Source of the DNA: an uncultured Gemmatimonadales bacterium
GTDB taxonomy: Bacteria > Gemmatimonadota > Gemmatimonadetes > Gemmatimonadales > GWC2-71-9
Assembly: GCA_963821525.1 (NCBI GenBank)
Contig: CAWGED010000005.1
Span: forward strand, 32,001 to 96,000
DNA length: 64,000 nt
Direction of reading: 5' to 3'
Every line of letters starts with the position of its first letter. Position 1 is the first letter of the stretch. This document shows, piece after piece, positions 24,025-34,428 of the stretch. Below the pieces are notes generated by a model. It was not told the DNA's origin. It did not search any database and saw only the letters and a list, made by a program, of their open reading frames with translations. The translations under genes were made by a program, and so were the position numbers.

Positions 24025-25886
24025 GTGACACATTCTGACGTGATGGCCCCAGGCCACGGCGCCGCTCCTCGGGCGGCCCAGGCACAACCTGTGGCCGAAG
24101 AGCGGATGAACATCGTGATCGGCGGCCATGTCGACCACGGGAAGAGCACGATCGTGGGCCGGCTGCTTGCCGACACTCATTCGCTGCCCGAGGGGAAGCT
24201 CGAGGCGATCAAGGCGCTCTGCGAGCGCACCGCCAAGCCGTTCGAATACGCCTTCCTGCTCGACGCGCTTAAGGACGAGCAGTCGCAGGGCATCACGATC
24301 GACGCAGCGCGGGTCTTCTTCAAGACGGCCAAGCGCCACTACATCATCATCGATGCGCCAGGGCACATCGAGTTCCTGAAGAACATGGTCACCGGCGCCT
24401 CCCGCGCCGAGGCTGCCCTCCTGGTCATCGATGCCAAGGAAGGAGTCCAGGAGAATTCCCGCCGCCACGGCTACATGATGTCCATGCTCGGCATCAAACA
24501 GATCGCCGTGCGTGGTCAACAAGATGGATCTGGTCGATTACAGCCAGCGCCACTACGAGGGGATCGTCCGGGAGTACACCGATTTCCTGAACCGGATCGG
24601 GGTTCATCCCGCGTGCTTTATTCCCGCCGCGGGACGGGAAGGCGACAACATCGCGAGCCCGTCGCCCAAGCATGAAGTGGCACACGGGTCCGACGGTGCT
24701 CCAGGCGCTGGATCAATTCAAAAGCGAAGGTCCCGCGGTAGGCCAGCCGTTCCGGATGCCGGTACAGGACGTCTACAAGTTCACCAAGCAGGGAGACGAC
24801 CGCCGCATTATCGCCGGAACCGTGGAAACCGGAACGCTGCGGGTCGGAGATGAAGTCGTCTTCTATCCTTCCGGCAAGCGCAGCCGGGTAAAGTCGATCG
24901 AGTCCTTCAACACGCCGGTCCGGCAGCAGGCGGAGGCGGGCCAGGCTGCGGGCTTCACGCTGTCGGAACAGATCTACGTCGCGCGGGGTGAGCTGGCCAC
25001 GGTCGCGACCGAGCCCAAACCCAAGGTCACTACCCGTCTCCGGGTGAGCCTCTTCTGGCTCGGCAAACAGCCCTTCATCAAGAAGAAGGATTACCTGCTC
25101 AAGCTGGGCTCGGCCCGCGTGCCGGCCCGTCTCGAAGAGATCACCCGGGTAATCGACGCCTCCAACCTGAATACCAGCGACACCAAGGACCGGGTGGACC
25201 GCCACGCTGTGGCGGAGTGCGTCCTCAAGCTCAATCGAGCGCTCGCTTTCGATCTCGCCGAGGAAATCGACGCGACCAGCCGCTTCGTCCTGGTGGACGA
25301 CTACGAGATCCGCGGCGGAGGCATCGTCCGCGAGGCGCTGCCCGACCGGCAGACCGAAATTCGCGAAAAGGTGATGCTCCGGAACTACAAGTGGGAGCCG
25401 AGCATCATTCAGCCGGAGCGCCGGGCAGAGAAGTACAGCCAGAAAGCCTCTCTGCTCCTCATCACCGGTGCCAAGGAGAGCGACCGCAAGTCGCTCGGCA
25501 AGGAGGTCGAGGCCCGGCTGTTCGAGGACGGACGCGTGGTCTACTTCCTCGGGATCGGGAATGTGCTCTACGGCATTGATGCCGACATCGAGCGCAAGTC
25601 CGAGAACCGGCAGGAGCACCTCCGCCGGCTGGGTGAGGTCGCCAACCTCATGCTCGATTCCGGGGCGATTCTCATCGTGACCGCAGCCGACCTGTCGCAG
25701 GAAGACCTGGAGGTCATCAAGACATCGGTTGATCCTGACCGGATCGAAACCGTCTGGGTGGGAGACAGCGTGACGACCGACATCACCTGCGACCTGATCC
25801 TGGCCGAACAGGAGGCCGAGGAAGAGGGGGTCGAGCGGATCAAGCGTCTGTTGCAGGACAAGGGCGTCCTGTTCCGGCCCTGGTGA
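24025..25886 (+). CDS. cysN: Sulfate adenylyltransferase large (GTPase) subunit with degenerate C-terminal APS-kinase-like domain; frameshifted near 24510 and 24670
   Basis: [54 protein letters not shown]-terminal [14 protein letters not shown]...[26 protein letters not shown]. Confidence 0.9.
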
Positions 25887-27250
25887 GCATGGTGAACGAG
25901 TCCGCCTCCGCGGTTTCTCCCGACGCCCTCACCCGGCTCACCGCGCTTGCGGTGAGAGCGGGCCAGGCGGCCATGGTGCACTACCACGACGGGGTCGCGG
26001 TCCGCCAGAAGGGCGACAAGGGCCCGGTTACCGCTGCCGATCATGCATCGCACGCCGTGATCGTTGAGGAGTTAGCGGCCTGGGACTCCTCGATCCCCAT
26101 CATTTCGGAGGAAGGGGACATTCCCGGGTACGAAGCCCGCCGGGCTTGGCGCCGATTCTGGTTGGTGGATCCGCTCGACGGCACCAAGGAATTCATCCAG
26201 AGGAACGGCGAGTTCACGGTGAACATCGCCCTGATCGAAAACGGAGTTCCTGTCCTCGGTGTGATCTATGCGCCGGCGTTGAGCCTGCTCTATTACGCCG
26301 GTCAGGGACTCGGCGCGTGGAAGCGCGAGGCTGGTGGTCAGCCGGAGCGTATCCTTTCTCGCCCACCGCTGCCGGGCCATGCCCTTCGGGTGGCGGAGAG
26401 CCGGTCCCATCCTTCAGAGGAACTGGAGCAGTATCTCAAGACGATCAAGGTCGCGGACCGGGTGCCGGCCGGGAGCTCGCTCAAGTTCTGCTGGGTCGCT
26501 GAAGGAAAGGCGGATATCTATCCCCGCCTGGGCCCGACGATGGAGTGGGACGTAGCGGCCGGGGACTGCATTTTCCGTAACTCCGGTACGCATGGGCCCC
26601 GGCGCTCGTCGCTCGTCTACAACCAGCCCGAGCTCCGCAACCAGGGGTTCATCGTCGGGCTGGACGACAGCGAGCTGGACACCTCCAGCAGTCGTGGCCG
26701 CGTGCTCTGGTTTACCGGCCTCTCCGGTTCGGGCAAGAGCACCATCGCGCGGCTGGTGGTGGAAGAACTGGAACGCCGGGGTAGTCCGGTCGAATATCTC
26801 GATGGAGACACGATCCGCGATATTTTCCCGGCGACCGGCTTCACTCGCGAAGACCGCGACCAGCACATCCGCCGGGTGGGTTACCTGGCCAGCCGCCTCG
26901 AGCGCCACGGAGTGACGGTAATCGCGTCGCTGGTGTCCCCCTACCGCGCTTCACGGGACTTCGTGCGCGGGCTGTGCCGGGACTTCGCCGAGGTCTGGGT
27001 CGCGACGCCGTTCGAGGAATGTGAGCGTCGAGATGTCAAGGGACTCTACGCCAAGGCCAGGCATGGCGAGATCAAGAACTTCACCGGGCTCGACGACCCG
27101 TACGAGCCTCCGGTGACGCCGGAGCTGACCATTCAGACTACGGGGAGAACTCCCGAGGAGTGTGCCGGGGAGGTCATCGGATGGCTGGATCAGATGCCAA
27201 CCGTAGTCGCGGAAGCCGGCAGGGTGCCGCAGCTTCACGAGAACTATTGA
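25883..27250 (+). CDS. cysQ: 3'(2'),5'-bisphosphate nucleotidase CysQ fused to adenylyl-sulfate kinase CysC
   Basis: Single intact 455-aa [33 protein letters not shown] (CysQ) followed by [36 protein letters not shown] (CysC). Confidence 0.93.
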   Translation: MSMVNESASAVSPDALTRLTALAVRAGQAAMVHYHDGVAVRQKGDKGPVTAADHASHAVIVEELAAWDSSIPIISEEGDIPGYEARRAWRRFWLVDPLDGTKEFIQRNGEFTVNIALIENGVPVLGVIYAPALSLLYYAGQGLGAWKREAGGQPERILSRPPLPGHALRVAESRSHPSEELEQYLKTIKVADRVPAGSSLKFCWVAEGKADIYPRLGPTMEWDVAAGDCIFRNSGTHGPRRSSLVYNQPELRNQGFIVGLDDSELDTSSSRGRVLWFTGLSGSGKSTIARLVVEELERRGSPVEYLDGDTIRDIFPATGFTREDRDQHIRRVGYLASRLERHGVTVIASLVSPYRASRDFVRGLCRDFAEVWVATPFEECERRDVKGLYAKARHGEIKNFTGLDDPYEPPVTPELTIQTTGRTPEECAGEVIGWLDQMPTVVAEAGRVPQLHENY

Positions 27251-27260
27251 GGACTTAGTC

Positions 27261-28143
27261 ATGGATCATATTGATCAGCTGGAACACAGGAGCGTGCACA
27301 TCTTCCGTGAAGCCTATGCCAACTTCAAGAGCCTCTGCATGCTCTGGTCGATCGGCAAGGACAGCACGGTCCTGCTCTGGCTCGCGCGCAAGGCCTTCTT
27401 CGGGCATGTGCCGTTCCCCCTCGTTCACATCGATACCTCGTTCAAAATTCCGGAGATGATCCGCTATCGGGATCGCCTCGCGGCCGAGTGGAACCTGAAC
27501 CTCATCTACGGGCAGAACGAAGGCGCGCTGCGGGAGAAGCGCACGTTCCCCGACGGGGCCGTGGATCGCATCACCTGCTGCAGTCTGCTCAAGACTGAAG
27601 CGCTGAAAAGGACCCTTTCCGGGGAATGGCCGCGCTACCGCTTCAATCACGCGAAGAAGGCCTACGAGCTCGACAAGAACACCGAGCCCTTCACCGGCGT
27701 CATCGTCGGCGCCCGGGCCGACGAGGAAGGCAGCCGCTCCAAGGAGCGGTATTTCTCACCCCGGAACCGCGAGAACTCCTGGGATGTGGGCGACCAGCCG
27801 CCCGAGTTCTGGAACCAGTACAAGACCGACTTCGCGCCGGGCACCCACCTGCGGATCCACCCGCTGCTGGACTGGACCGAGCTGAACATCTGGGAATACA
27901 TCGAGCGGGAGAACATCCCGACGGTGTCGCTCTACTACAACCACGGCGACGGGATCAGGTATCGCTCGCTGGGTTGTGGACCCTGCACCAAGCACGTCGA
28001 GTCCGACGCGCAGAAATGTTCAGGAGATCATCGTCGAGCTGAAGACCGGCAAGTTCGCAAACATCGCGGAGCGGTCGGGCCGGGCCCAGGACAAGGACGA
28101 TGGCGGCGGGCTCGAGACTCTTCGGCGCGACGGGTACATGTGA
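27261..28143 (+). CDS. cysD: Sulfate adenylyltransferase small subunit; frameshift near 28015
   Basis: [42 protein letters not shown]-terminus [24 protein letters not shown] (TGA 28141-28143). Confidence 0.93.
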
Positions 28144-28583
28144 CCGTCCTCAAGACCCGTCGTCGGATCACATCGCCGTTGAGGATCCGATAGCTCTCCA
28201 CTGCCACCCCCGGGGTCGCGCCGTCCGCGATCGTGTTCTCGAGCGCTGTGGACCCGCTGCGGCGAGTTCGGCATCCAGAGGCTCCCCATCCCGAGGGCTA
28301 CCTCGGAACCGGACTGAACATCCTCACCACGAACCTCCCTGCATGACGCGATAGGGCACACTCTACCCGGGCATCTCGGAAATTCAGCGGGACCTCCTCG
28401 CCAAGCCTTGGCCTCTTGCGAGTCCGGCGGCGATAGGGGTGACACGAGCCTGTGGCCGCCGAGCCACATGGGATCGTGGTTTTTCCGGAGCCGAGCAGGC
28501 CCCTATGCTTAACTCAATATATCACAATAGCTTACCTGGTAATCGGGCCGGAGCCTACTTGGGTAATCCGGACCTGCTACCCG

Positions 28584-28599
28584 CGGCACGCGGATCGCA
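28584..28599 (+). promoter_or_regulatory. Candidate sigma54 promoter for amidohydrolase gene
   Basis: CGGCAC-GCGGA-TCGCA, GG-N10-GC spacing, downstream of an AT-rich patch and ~120 nt before ATG 28722. Confidence 0.45.
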
Positions 28600-28721
28600 T
28601 ATGTCGGTTCCGATCCAGTTTCAGCTCCCTGCGGCCATCCACGAGGCCACGCTTCCGTTACCGACCTGCGGAGCAGTGGTTCCGCGGCACCGTGCTTTCT
28701 CTCTCCTCACCAGTGAGGGAT

Positions 28722-30224
28722 ATGCGTCGGCTTTGCGCCTTGACCTTGTGGGGGTTTGCAGCAGCTCCGCTTCGGGGGCAGTCGGCTGCGCCCCTGCCTC
28801 TCGTCCTCACTCACATCACTGTCGTCGACATCACTGGCGGGCCGTCCCGACCCGACATGTCGGTGACGATTTCCGGCGGTCGGATCGCTTCGATCGCCCC
28901 TTCGTCCGGCGCAGTCGTGCCACACGGGATGAAAGTGGTGAATGCCGCGGGCAAGTATCTCATTCCCGGTCTCTGGGACATGCACGTGCATCTCACGGAA
29001 GCTCCGTCAGACGGTGAGGAGAGCGCGCTATCCGCCAAAGCGAATGCCCGGACTTACTACTTCCCGCTGCTTGTTGCCAATGGAGTGCTTGGTGTTCGTG
29101 ATATGGCGGGCATGCTCGATACTCTGATCAGCTTCCGAAAGGAGATCGCCTCGGGCAAGACCCTTGGGCCGCGCCTCATGGTCACGGGATTCAAACTGGG
29201 GTCGGCCAAGCCGGTGGTGTCGGGAGCGCCGGCGCCGGTCGAGACAGCGGCTCAGGTCCGCACCGCGGTGGAATTGCTTCGCCAGCACGGCGCCGACTTT
29301 GTGAAGGTGGATTTGGGGCCCGAAAGCGTGGGTCTCTATCCGGTCCTCGCGGAGGCCGCGAAGAGCCAGGGCCTGACCTTCGTGGGCCATGTGCCGCTCA
29401 CCATGAATCCGGGCGATGCCGCGGCGCTGGGACAGCGCAGCATCGAGCACCTGATGCAGGTTCCCCTCGCGTGTTCGAGTGAAGAGGCCGGCCTGCGCCG
29501 CAGGCTGCTCGCGCTCCGCGCCAACGCCAGCTTCATGCAACGATTAGCGGGATGGCGCCTTTGGTATCGGGACTTGCCGCACCAGTACGCGGTGTCGGAA
29601 CGGATTGCCGCCACCTACGACAGCGTCAAGGCGACGGCGCTGTTCAAGAGATTCGTGGACAGTGGGTCGTGGCAGACTCCAACCTTGTTCCTGGAGCGCG
29701 ATCGTGCCCTGCATATTCCGGGCAACAGCCCGGAGCTGGAGGCTCGTTTCGGTCTCGCCAGTAAGATGCGACGACCGATCCGCCCGTTCAGCAGGGAAAA
29801 TGGTGCGCGAAGTGAAGCCTATTACCGCCGGGAGCTTCAGATCGTTGGCGCGATGCACCGGGCAGGCGTCGGTCTTCTTGCAGGCACCGATCTTCCTGTC
29901 GGTCACGCCATTCCCGGATACAGCCTGCACGAGGAACTGGCGCTGATGGCGGAGAGCGGATTGTCCCCTCTTGCGGCGCTGCAGACTGCCACGCTCAATC
30001 CGGCCAGGTTCTTTGGACTTACCGATTCGCTCGGCACGGTGGAGGTGGGAAAGGTGGCAGACCTCGTCGTCCTCGCGGCCGACCCCCTCGCCAACATCAC
30101 GAATACCAGGCGAATTGACGCTGTGATTCTACACGGCAAGTTGTTGGACCGCCATGAACTGGATCAAATGTTGGAGGAAGTGGCAAGTCAGATGTTGGCC
30201 CGAGTGGCAATTAAGACTCGCTGA
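28722..30224 (+). CDS. Secreted metal-dependent amidohydrolase family protein
   Basis: GAGGGA RBS then MRRLCALTLWGFAAAPLRG signal-peptide-like N-terminus; PGLWDMHVH, GADFVK, SIEH, LLAGTD, ALQTATLNPA, GKVADLVVL. Confidence 0.85.
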   Translation: MRRLCALTLWGFAAAPLRGQSAAPLPLVLTHITVVDITGGPSRPDMSVTISGGRIASIAPSSGAVVPHGMKVVNAAGKYLIPGLWDMHVHLTEAPSDGEESALSAKANARTYYFPLLVANGVLGVRDMAGMLDTLISFRKEIASGKTLGPRLMVTGFKLGSAKPVVSGAPAPVETAAQVRTAVELLRQHGADFVKVDLGPESVGLYPVLAEAAKSQGLTFVGHVPLTMNPGDAAALGQRSIEHLMQVPLACSSEEAGLRRRLLALRANASFMQRLAGWRLWYRDLPHQYAVSERIAATYDSVKATALFKRFVDSGSWQTPTLFLERDRALHIPGNSPELEARFGLASKMRRPIRPFSRENGARSEAYYRRELQIVGAMHRAGVGLLAGTDLPVGHAIPGYSLHEELALMAESGLSPLAALQTATLNPARFFGLTDSLGTVEVGKVADLVVLAADPLANITNTRRIDAVILHGKLLDRHELDQMLEEVASQMLARVAIKTR

Positions 30225-30327
30225 GCGGAACAGAGAGGGAGGGGCGTCACTCCGCAGTAATCTTCGCTGCCGCATTCTCGAAGGTTTCCCCATGAATGCC
30301 AACGGGAAAACCGACGGGCCGAATGGA

Positions 30328-31239
30328 TTACGGTCGGCGCGTGATGTAACCGATCAGCTCCCCGAAACTCCAGGCAGCCAGCAAGAGAAAAACCAATGGA
30401 CTGACCGCGACGAAGCGCGAGGCGTTGACCCGCTTCTGGAATTGCATCCGCAGGTGGCGAAGCAGCAGGACGAAGGGGAGCACCGGGCAAAGAGCCGCAA
30501 GAAACACGCGGCGCAGCGAGCTGGTCTCCCTCGCTCGCGTGTAAGCGAACAGCCGTCCCCATCCGATTCGCTCCGACAAGACCCCGCCGAGCGTCACTCC
30601 ATCCCGCATCTGGTCCACGGCGAAGGACGGATCGAGCCATAGTACCTCTCCTGCTCGTTGCAACGCCCAGTGGACGGTCGTTTCGTGATAGCGCGATGCC
30701 CAAAGCTCCCGAGTCTTCTCCAGCGCGTGGCGCTTGTAGCAGATATTCACGTCGGAGACGTAGGGCCGCGGCCCTGCCTCGAAGGGAAGCTGGTAACGAC
30801 CGAAGTCGCAGAAATAGACCGCCCAATTGAGCAGCCGGTCCCGCCCGTTCTGAATCGCCCCACCAATCACGGCATGCGAGAGTCCGGCGTGCAATTCGGA
30901 GACCCGTGCAGCCCAGTCCGAGCGTGGCACCCCACGATCCTCGAGAATGGCGATCAGTTCCCCTCCGGCGATTGCCAGTCCCGCGGCTCTCCGCCGGTCG
31001 AACAGCTCATGCTGGCCCGCGGGACTCGGCTTGGGCCGGACAGTGTCGAGTCGTCCCAAGGCGAGGAAGCGAAAGCGCGGGAACCGCCGCTCCAATTCCG
31101 CCATGCCTTGCACGCTGTCATCCCAAGGGACGATGACTTCCAGCTCGGGTCCTCCGATCTGCTCGTTCAGCGCGCCGAGGCAGCGATCGAGGGTCGCTCC
31201 TCCATCCACGATCGTGACAACCACCGATAGGCGGCTCAC
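30328..31239 (-). CDS. Glycosyltransferase family 2-like protein with C-terminal TM helices
   Basis: GTG at 31239 overlapping upstream stop; SRLSVVVTIVDG, LEVIVP, RAAGLAIAGGELIAILED, C-terminal hydrophobic segments. Confidence 0.7.
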   Translation of the reverse strand: MSRLSVVVTIVDGGATLDRCLGALNEQIGGPELEVIVPWDDSVQGMAELERRFPRFRFLALGRLDTVRPKPSPAGQHELFDRRRAAGLAIAGGELIAILEDRGVPRSDWAARVSELHAGLSHAVIGGAIQNGRDRLLNWAVYFCDFGRYQLPFEAGPRPYVSDVNICYKRHALEKTRELWASRYHETTVHWALQRAGEVLWLDPSFAVDQMRDGVTLGGVLSERIGWGRLFAYTRARETSSLRRVFLAALCPVLPFVLLLRHLRMQFQKRVNASRFVAVSPLVFLLLAAWSFGELIGYITRRP

Positions 31240-31649
31240 AACACCGCCTCCGCAATGCGAGTTGCGTTGGCCATGAGGGTGAAGGTGAGGTCCTTGGCCG
31301 GCGAGAACGGGAACCCGGCTCCAGCTGTGATGATCGGGGTCTCGAATTGCCACTTGGGTCCATCTGGGCGACATCCGTGCCCCACCGCCGATTGCGACAT
31401 CGGCAGGAACCCCGCGTAGTGCACACGGGCCCCGTTGGGCAGGGCTCGTGTCATGCCCGGAGGGACGATCCCGCCCAAGCGCGCGAGCGCCTGTTTGACC
31501 GCCTGGATGGCTTCATCCGAACGACGGCCCAGGCTGGGGGCGGCGCGATACTCCAAGGACCAGCCTGGTAGCCGGCGGTCTTCCAGCGGCTCGATGTGGT
31601 GAAGGCTCGGTACTCCTCTGCGAGAGCTCTTCATCGACAATGGAGTCAT
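31236..31649 (-). pseudogene. C-terminal remnant of a GMC-type oxidoreductase
   Basis: 137-aa ORF with VHYAGFLPM and AGFPFSPAKDLTFTLMANATRIAEAV (GMC C-terminal signature) but no N-terminal GxGxxG FAD-binding motif. Confidence 0.6.
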
Positions 31650-32561
31650 CTGCCACGGAGGCTCTCACGAAGCATCGGGTCAATCGGTTGCATCTCCGGA
31701 ATGAACGGCTCGACCCAGGGATGTGGAGCCGCCGTACCATCGTTGGCAAACGATGCGAGTTGACCCGCGGTCAAGGGAAGAGCAGGGCCGACGCACCGTT
31801 GCAAGACCGCGAGGGATGCCCGGAGGGGTTCGAAGGGAACGTGCACCAGACGTCCTGATCCCCCTCTGACAATCGTGCGGATTCGTCTGATCAGACTCCT
31901 CCATCGGTAGGACTTCCGGGCCTCCGACTTCGAATTCGGTGGCGTCAAGCGAATACCGCTGTGCCGTTGCGATGAGCACTCGAGCCACGTCCTGCACCGC
32001 GATCGGCTGGACCTTCACCTGACCCGAGCCGAACACCACTCCCAGCGGCGCGCCGGCCAGGCGAGCCAATCCCTCGAGCACCGGGCTGCCCGGTCCAAAG
32101 ATCATCGTAGGGCGAACAATCGCGTAATCCAGTCCGCTGGAGCGCACGAGGGCCTCGGCTTCGATCTTCGATTCGGCGTAGTGATACGAAGCGCGATTGC
32201 GAAACCGTGCGGCGATGCTGCTTACCAGGATGAACCGACGGAGTCCAGCGCAACGCGACTCCTCGAGGACCCGGCGAGTACCCTCGACGTTTACCGCCCG
32301 GAACCGTGCCTCGGAAGCCTTACCAGTCGCGGCGGCTAGATGAAGCACTACCTCGTGACCGGGCAGGGCATGGACCCAGGAGGCCGTGTCATCCAGGTCG
32401 CCCTCGATGTAGCGCCAGCCGGAACGCGGGGGAATCGTCCGGGTCAGCGACTCGCGATCACGAGTGAGACAGGTAACAGGATTGAAAGCGCCGCCGGGTA
32501 GGCTGCGAAGCAACGCGCGGCCGACCAGGCCGCGGGCGCCGGTCACGAAGAGTGAGGCCAT
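31646..32561 (-). CDS. NAD-dependent epimerase/dehydratase (atypical SDR); frameshift near 31900
   Basis: LFVTGARGLVG, VLHLAA, VNVEGT, FILVSS, YAESK, IVRPTMIFGPG, QPIAVQDVA. Confidence 0.85.
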
Positions 32562-32914
32562 GCGTAACTGGCGGGATTTCGAGTGGAGTTCAGGGAACGA
32601 TGCGCTTGGAGACGGCGGCTGCGTGGCACGACTGAGAAAGCAGGCGGCTGCACTTGCCGCCCGACATCGTCAATTCCATCGGTCGAGCCGTTGTCCACGA
32701 TCACGCGCCAGCGCCAAGTCACGGCGTTGTCAAGGAATCCGCGTACTATTGCGATGCTCTTGGCCAGCACGTGGGCTTCGTTCAGTACCGGAATGACAAC
32801 GTCCACCAGTAGCTCGGCGCCTGGTTCCTGGGTCAATGTGGGCTCTGGAATCTGAGGAATGAACAACCTTCGTCGACTCAGCCGTTGGTACCACTTCTCT
32901 GCCTTGAGATTCAT
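32543..32914 (-). pseudogene. Truncated/internally deleted GT2 (DPM1-like) glycosyltransferase
   Basis: VDVVIPVLNEAHVL and VIVDNGSTDG present, then similarity ends; only ~120 codons before the next gene, no DxD. Confidence 0.6.
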
Positions 32915-34428
32915 GCCTCCGGAGGTTGGGCAGGGTCTCGAATGGTCCACACGACGGTGATGAGTACTCCCAGCAGCATGAAGAAGGGAAGGGCGTTCAC
33001 CGGAGCCTCCAGCCAGGGAAGGTACTGCTTGGAAGTTTTTCCCAGAACAGTGAGCCAGGGTAGCTGGAAGCCGGCCACGAAGACTTGGATCAGATTGTCT
33101 ATCACACTGCCCTGACTGCGGACCATCGAGATGGACCAGTTGATGACGAATGAGACCAAAGCGAGGGAATACCCCAGCCAGCGCGGCAGTCGCAGCAGCA
33201 CCGCGGCGGCCAGCAGGAAGAGGAACGGAATGACCGGAACGAGATAGCGAAGTCCCGTCACGTATTGCACCCGGGTGTACTGGACGCATCCGAAGAAGAG
33301 GATGAAGACCACCGCATAGGCCAGGGAGAACCAGATTTCACGCGACGGCAAGAATGAAGTACCCCGCCGGCTGAGCCAGGGCGCCGCGAAGGCGAGCAGG
33401 GTGATGGGAGCGACGATAAACAGGCCGTAGCGCGGGTCGATGAGGAGAAGCCGCACCAACTCGGTCGAGAGGCCGCCCACACCCTTGTAGCCCACATCGG
33501 TCCCTTCCACCGCTGGCATCCAGTGTTGTGCCGGGTGGAACCAGTCGCCGAAGCATGCCCATTGGTAATAGAACAGCATCAGAACCGGCGGGATGGCGCC
33601 TGCGGCATACCACAAGGAGTCCCGGAATCCCCGGCCGAAACCATGCTCGTCTCGCCCGACCCACAGCGCATAAAGGCCCAGCAGACCGAGGGAGAGTCCT
33701 CCGCTGTAGTCGATGAGAAGGCAGAACCCGCCCAGGAAGCCGGCCAGCAGGTATCGAGTTCGAAGCGACCAGCGGAGGTGCCCACCGGGATTCCAGATCA
33801 GCACGAACGCGAAGAGCGATGCGACACCGATGCCGAGGTTCTGGTTCAGGAAGGCGGTGCGAAAGAAGACCGGCGTGCCGAAGGCGTAGAGAAACGTGAG
33901 TGCCAGAGCCACTCGACGTCCCAGGCCGAGGTGGCCTAGCAGGCCGAAGATCACCACCGCGGAATAGGCGCTGAGTGGAGCCATGCAAAGGGCCTGGGTG
34001 ATCGCGCCGACCAATCCGAAACGCACATCCAGCCCCAGTCGCCGCACCTTCTGGTAGAACTCTACCCGGCGCCACCGCGGATCGTTGTACTGGGCTGTGG
34101 TGTCCGCCCGCCCTCGCGCGGCGAGGGCCTTGGCGACCACGAGATCTACCGCCGGCTTGGTGAGGAAATAGGGGATGGCTCCCACGAAGGAAATTCCGGG
34201 ATTGGCATCCTGATGAGCCCCGCCATGGGGTGCCGTCGGCGGGTTCTGGAAAATGTCGACGTGCATCCCCAGATACGGGTCCAGCCGGAAGGTGTGGTCC
34301 TCCACGATGCTCAATACCAGATAGTGCTCGCGCACGAAATCGGTAGCAAAGTGAAGGACGTACACCATCCAGCAGGTGAGGAAGAGTCGGATCTTCACCG
34401 AGCGGAGGGAGAGATCGGCGAGGCTCAT
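32911..34428 (-). CDS. Polytopic membrane protein, probable GT-C fold glycosyltransferase
   Basis: Intact 505-aa ORF with about 10 hydrophobic segments, N-terminal luminal loop, FGTPVFFR and GLRYLVPVIPFL motifs. Confidence 0.6.
   Translation of the reverse strand: MSLADLSLRSVKIRLFLTCWMVYVLHFATDFVREHYLVLSIVEDHTFRLDPYLGMHVDIFQNPPTAPHGGAHQDANPGISFVGAIPYFLTKPAVDLVVAKALAARGRADTTAQYNDPRWRRVEFYQKVRRLGLDVRFGLVGAITQALCMAPLSAYSAVVIFGLLGHLGLGRRVALALTFLYAFGTPVFFRTAFLNQNLGIGVASLFAFVLIWNPGGHLRWSLRTRYLLAGFLGGFCLLIDYSGGLSLGLLGLYALWVGRDEHGFGRGFRDSLWYAAGAIPPVLMLFYYQWACFGDWFHPAQHWMPAVEGTDVGYKGVGGLSTELVRLLLIDPRYGLFIVAPITLLAFAAPWLSRRGTSFLPSREIWFSLAYAVVFILFFGCVQYTRVQYVTGLRYLVPVIPFLFLLAAAVLLRLPRWLGYSLALVSFVINWSISMVRSQGSVIDNLIQVFVAGFQLPWLTVLGKTSKQYLPWLEAPVNALPFFMLLGVLITVVWTIRDPAQPPEA

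Noticed and set aside
32820..32860. IPEP sequence as a PEP-CTERM sorting signal
   Set aside because: It is at the N-terminus of a GT2 fragment and not followed by a TM helix and basic tail; I saw no exosortase substrate in the window
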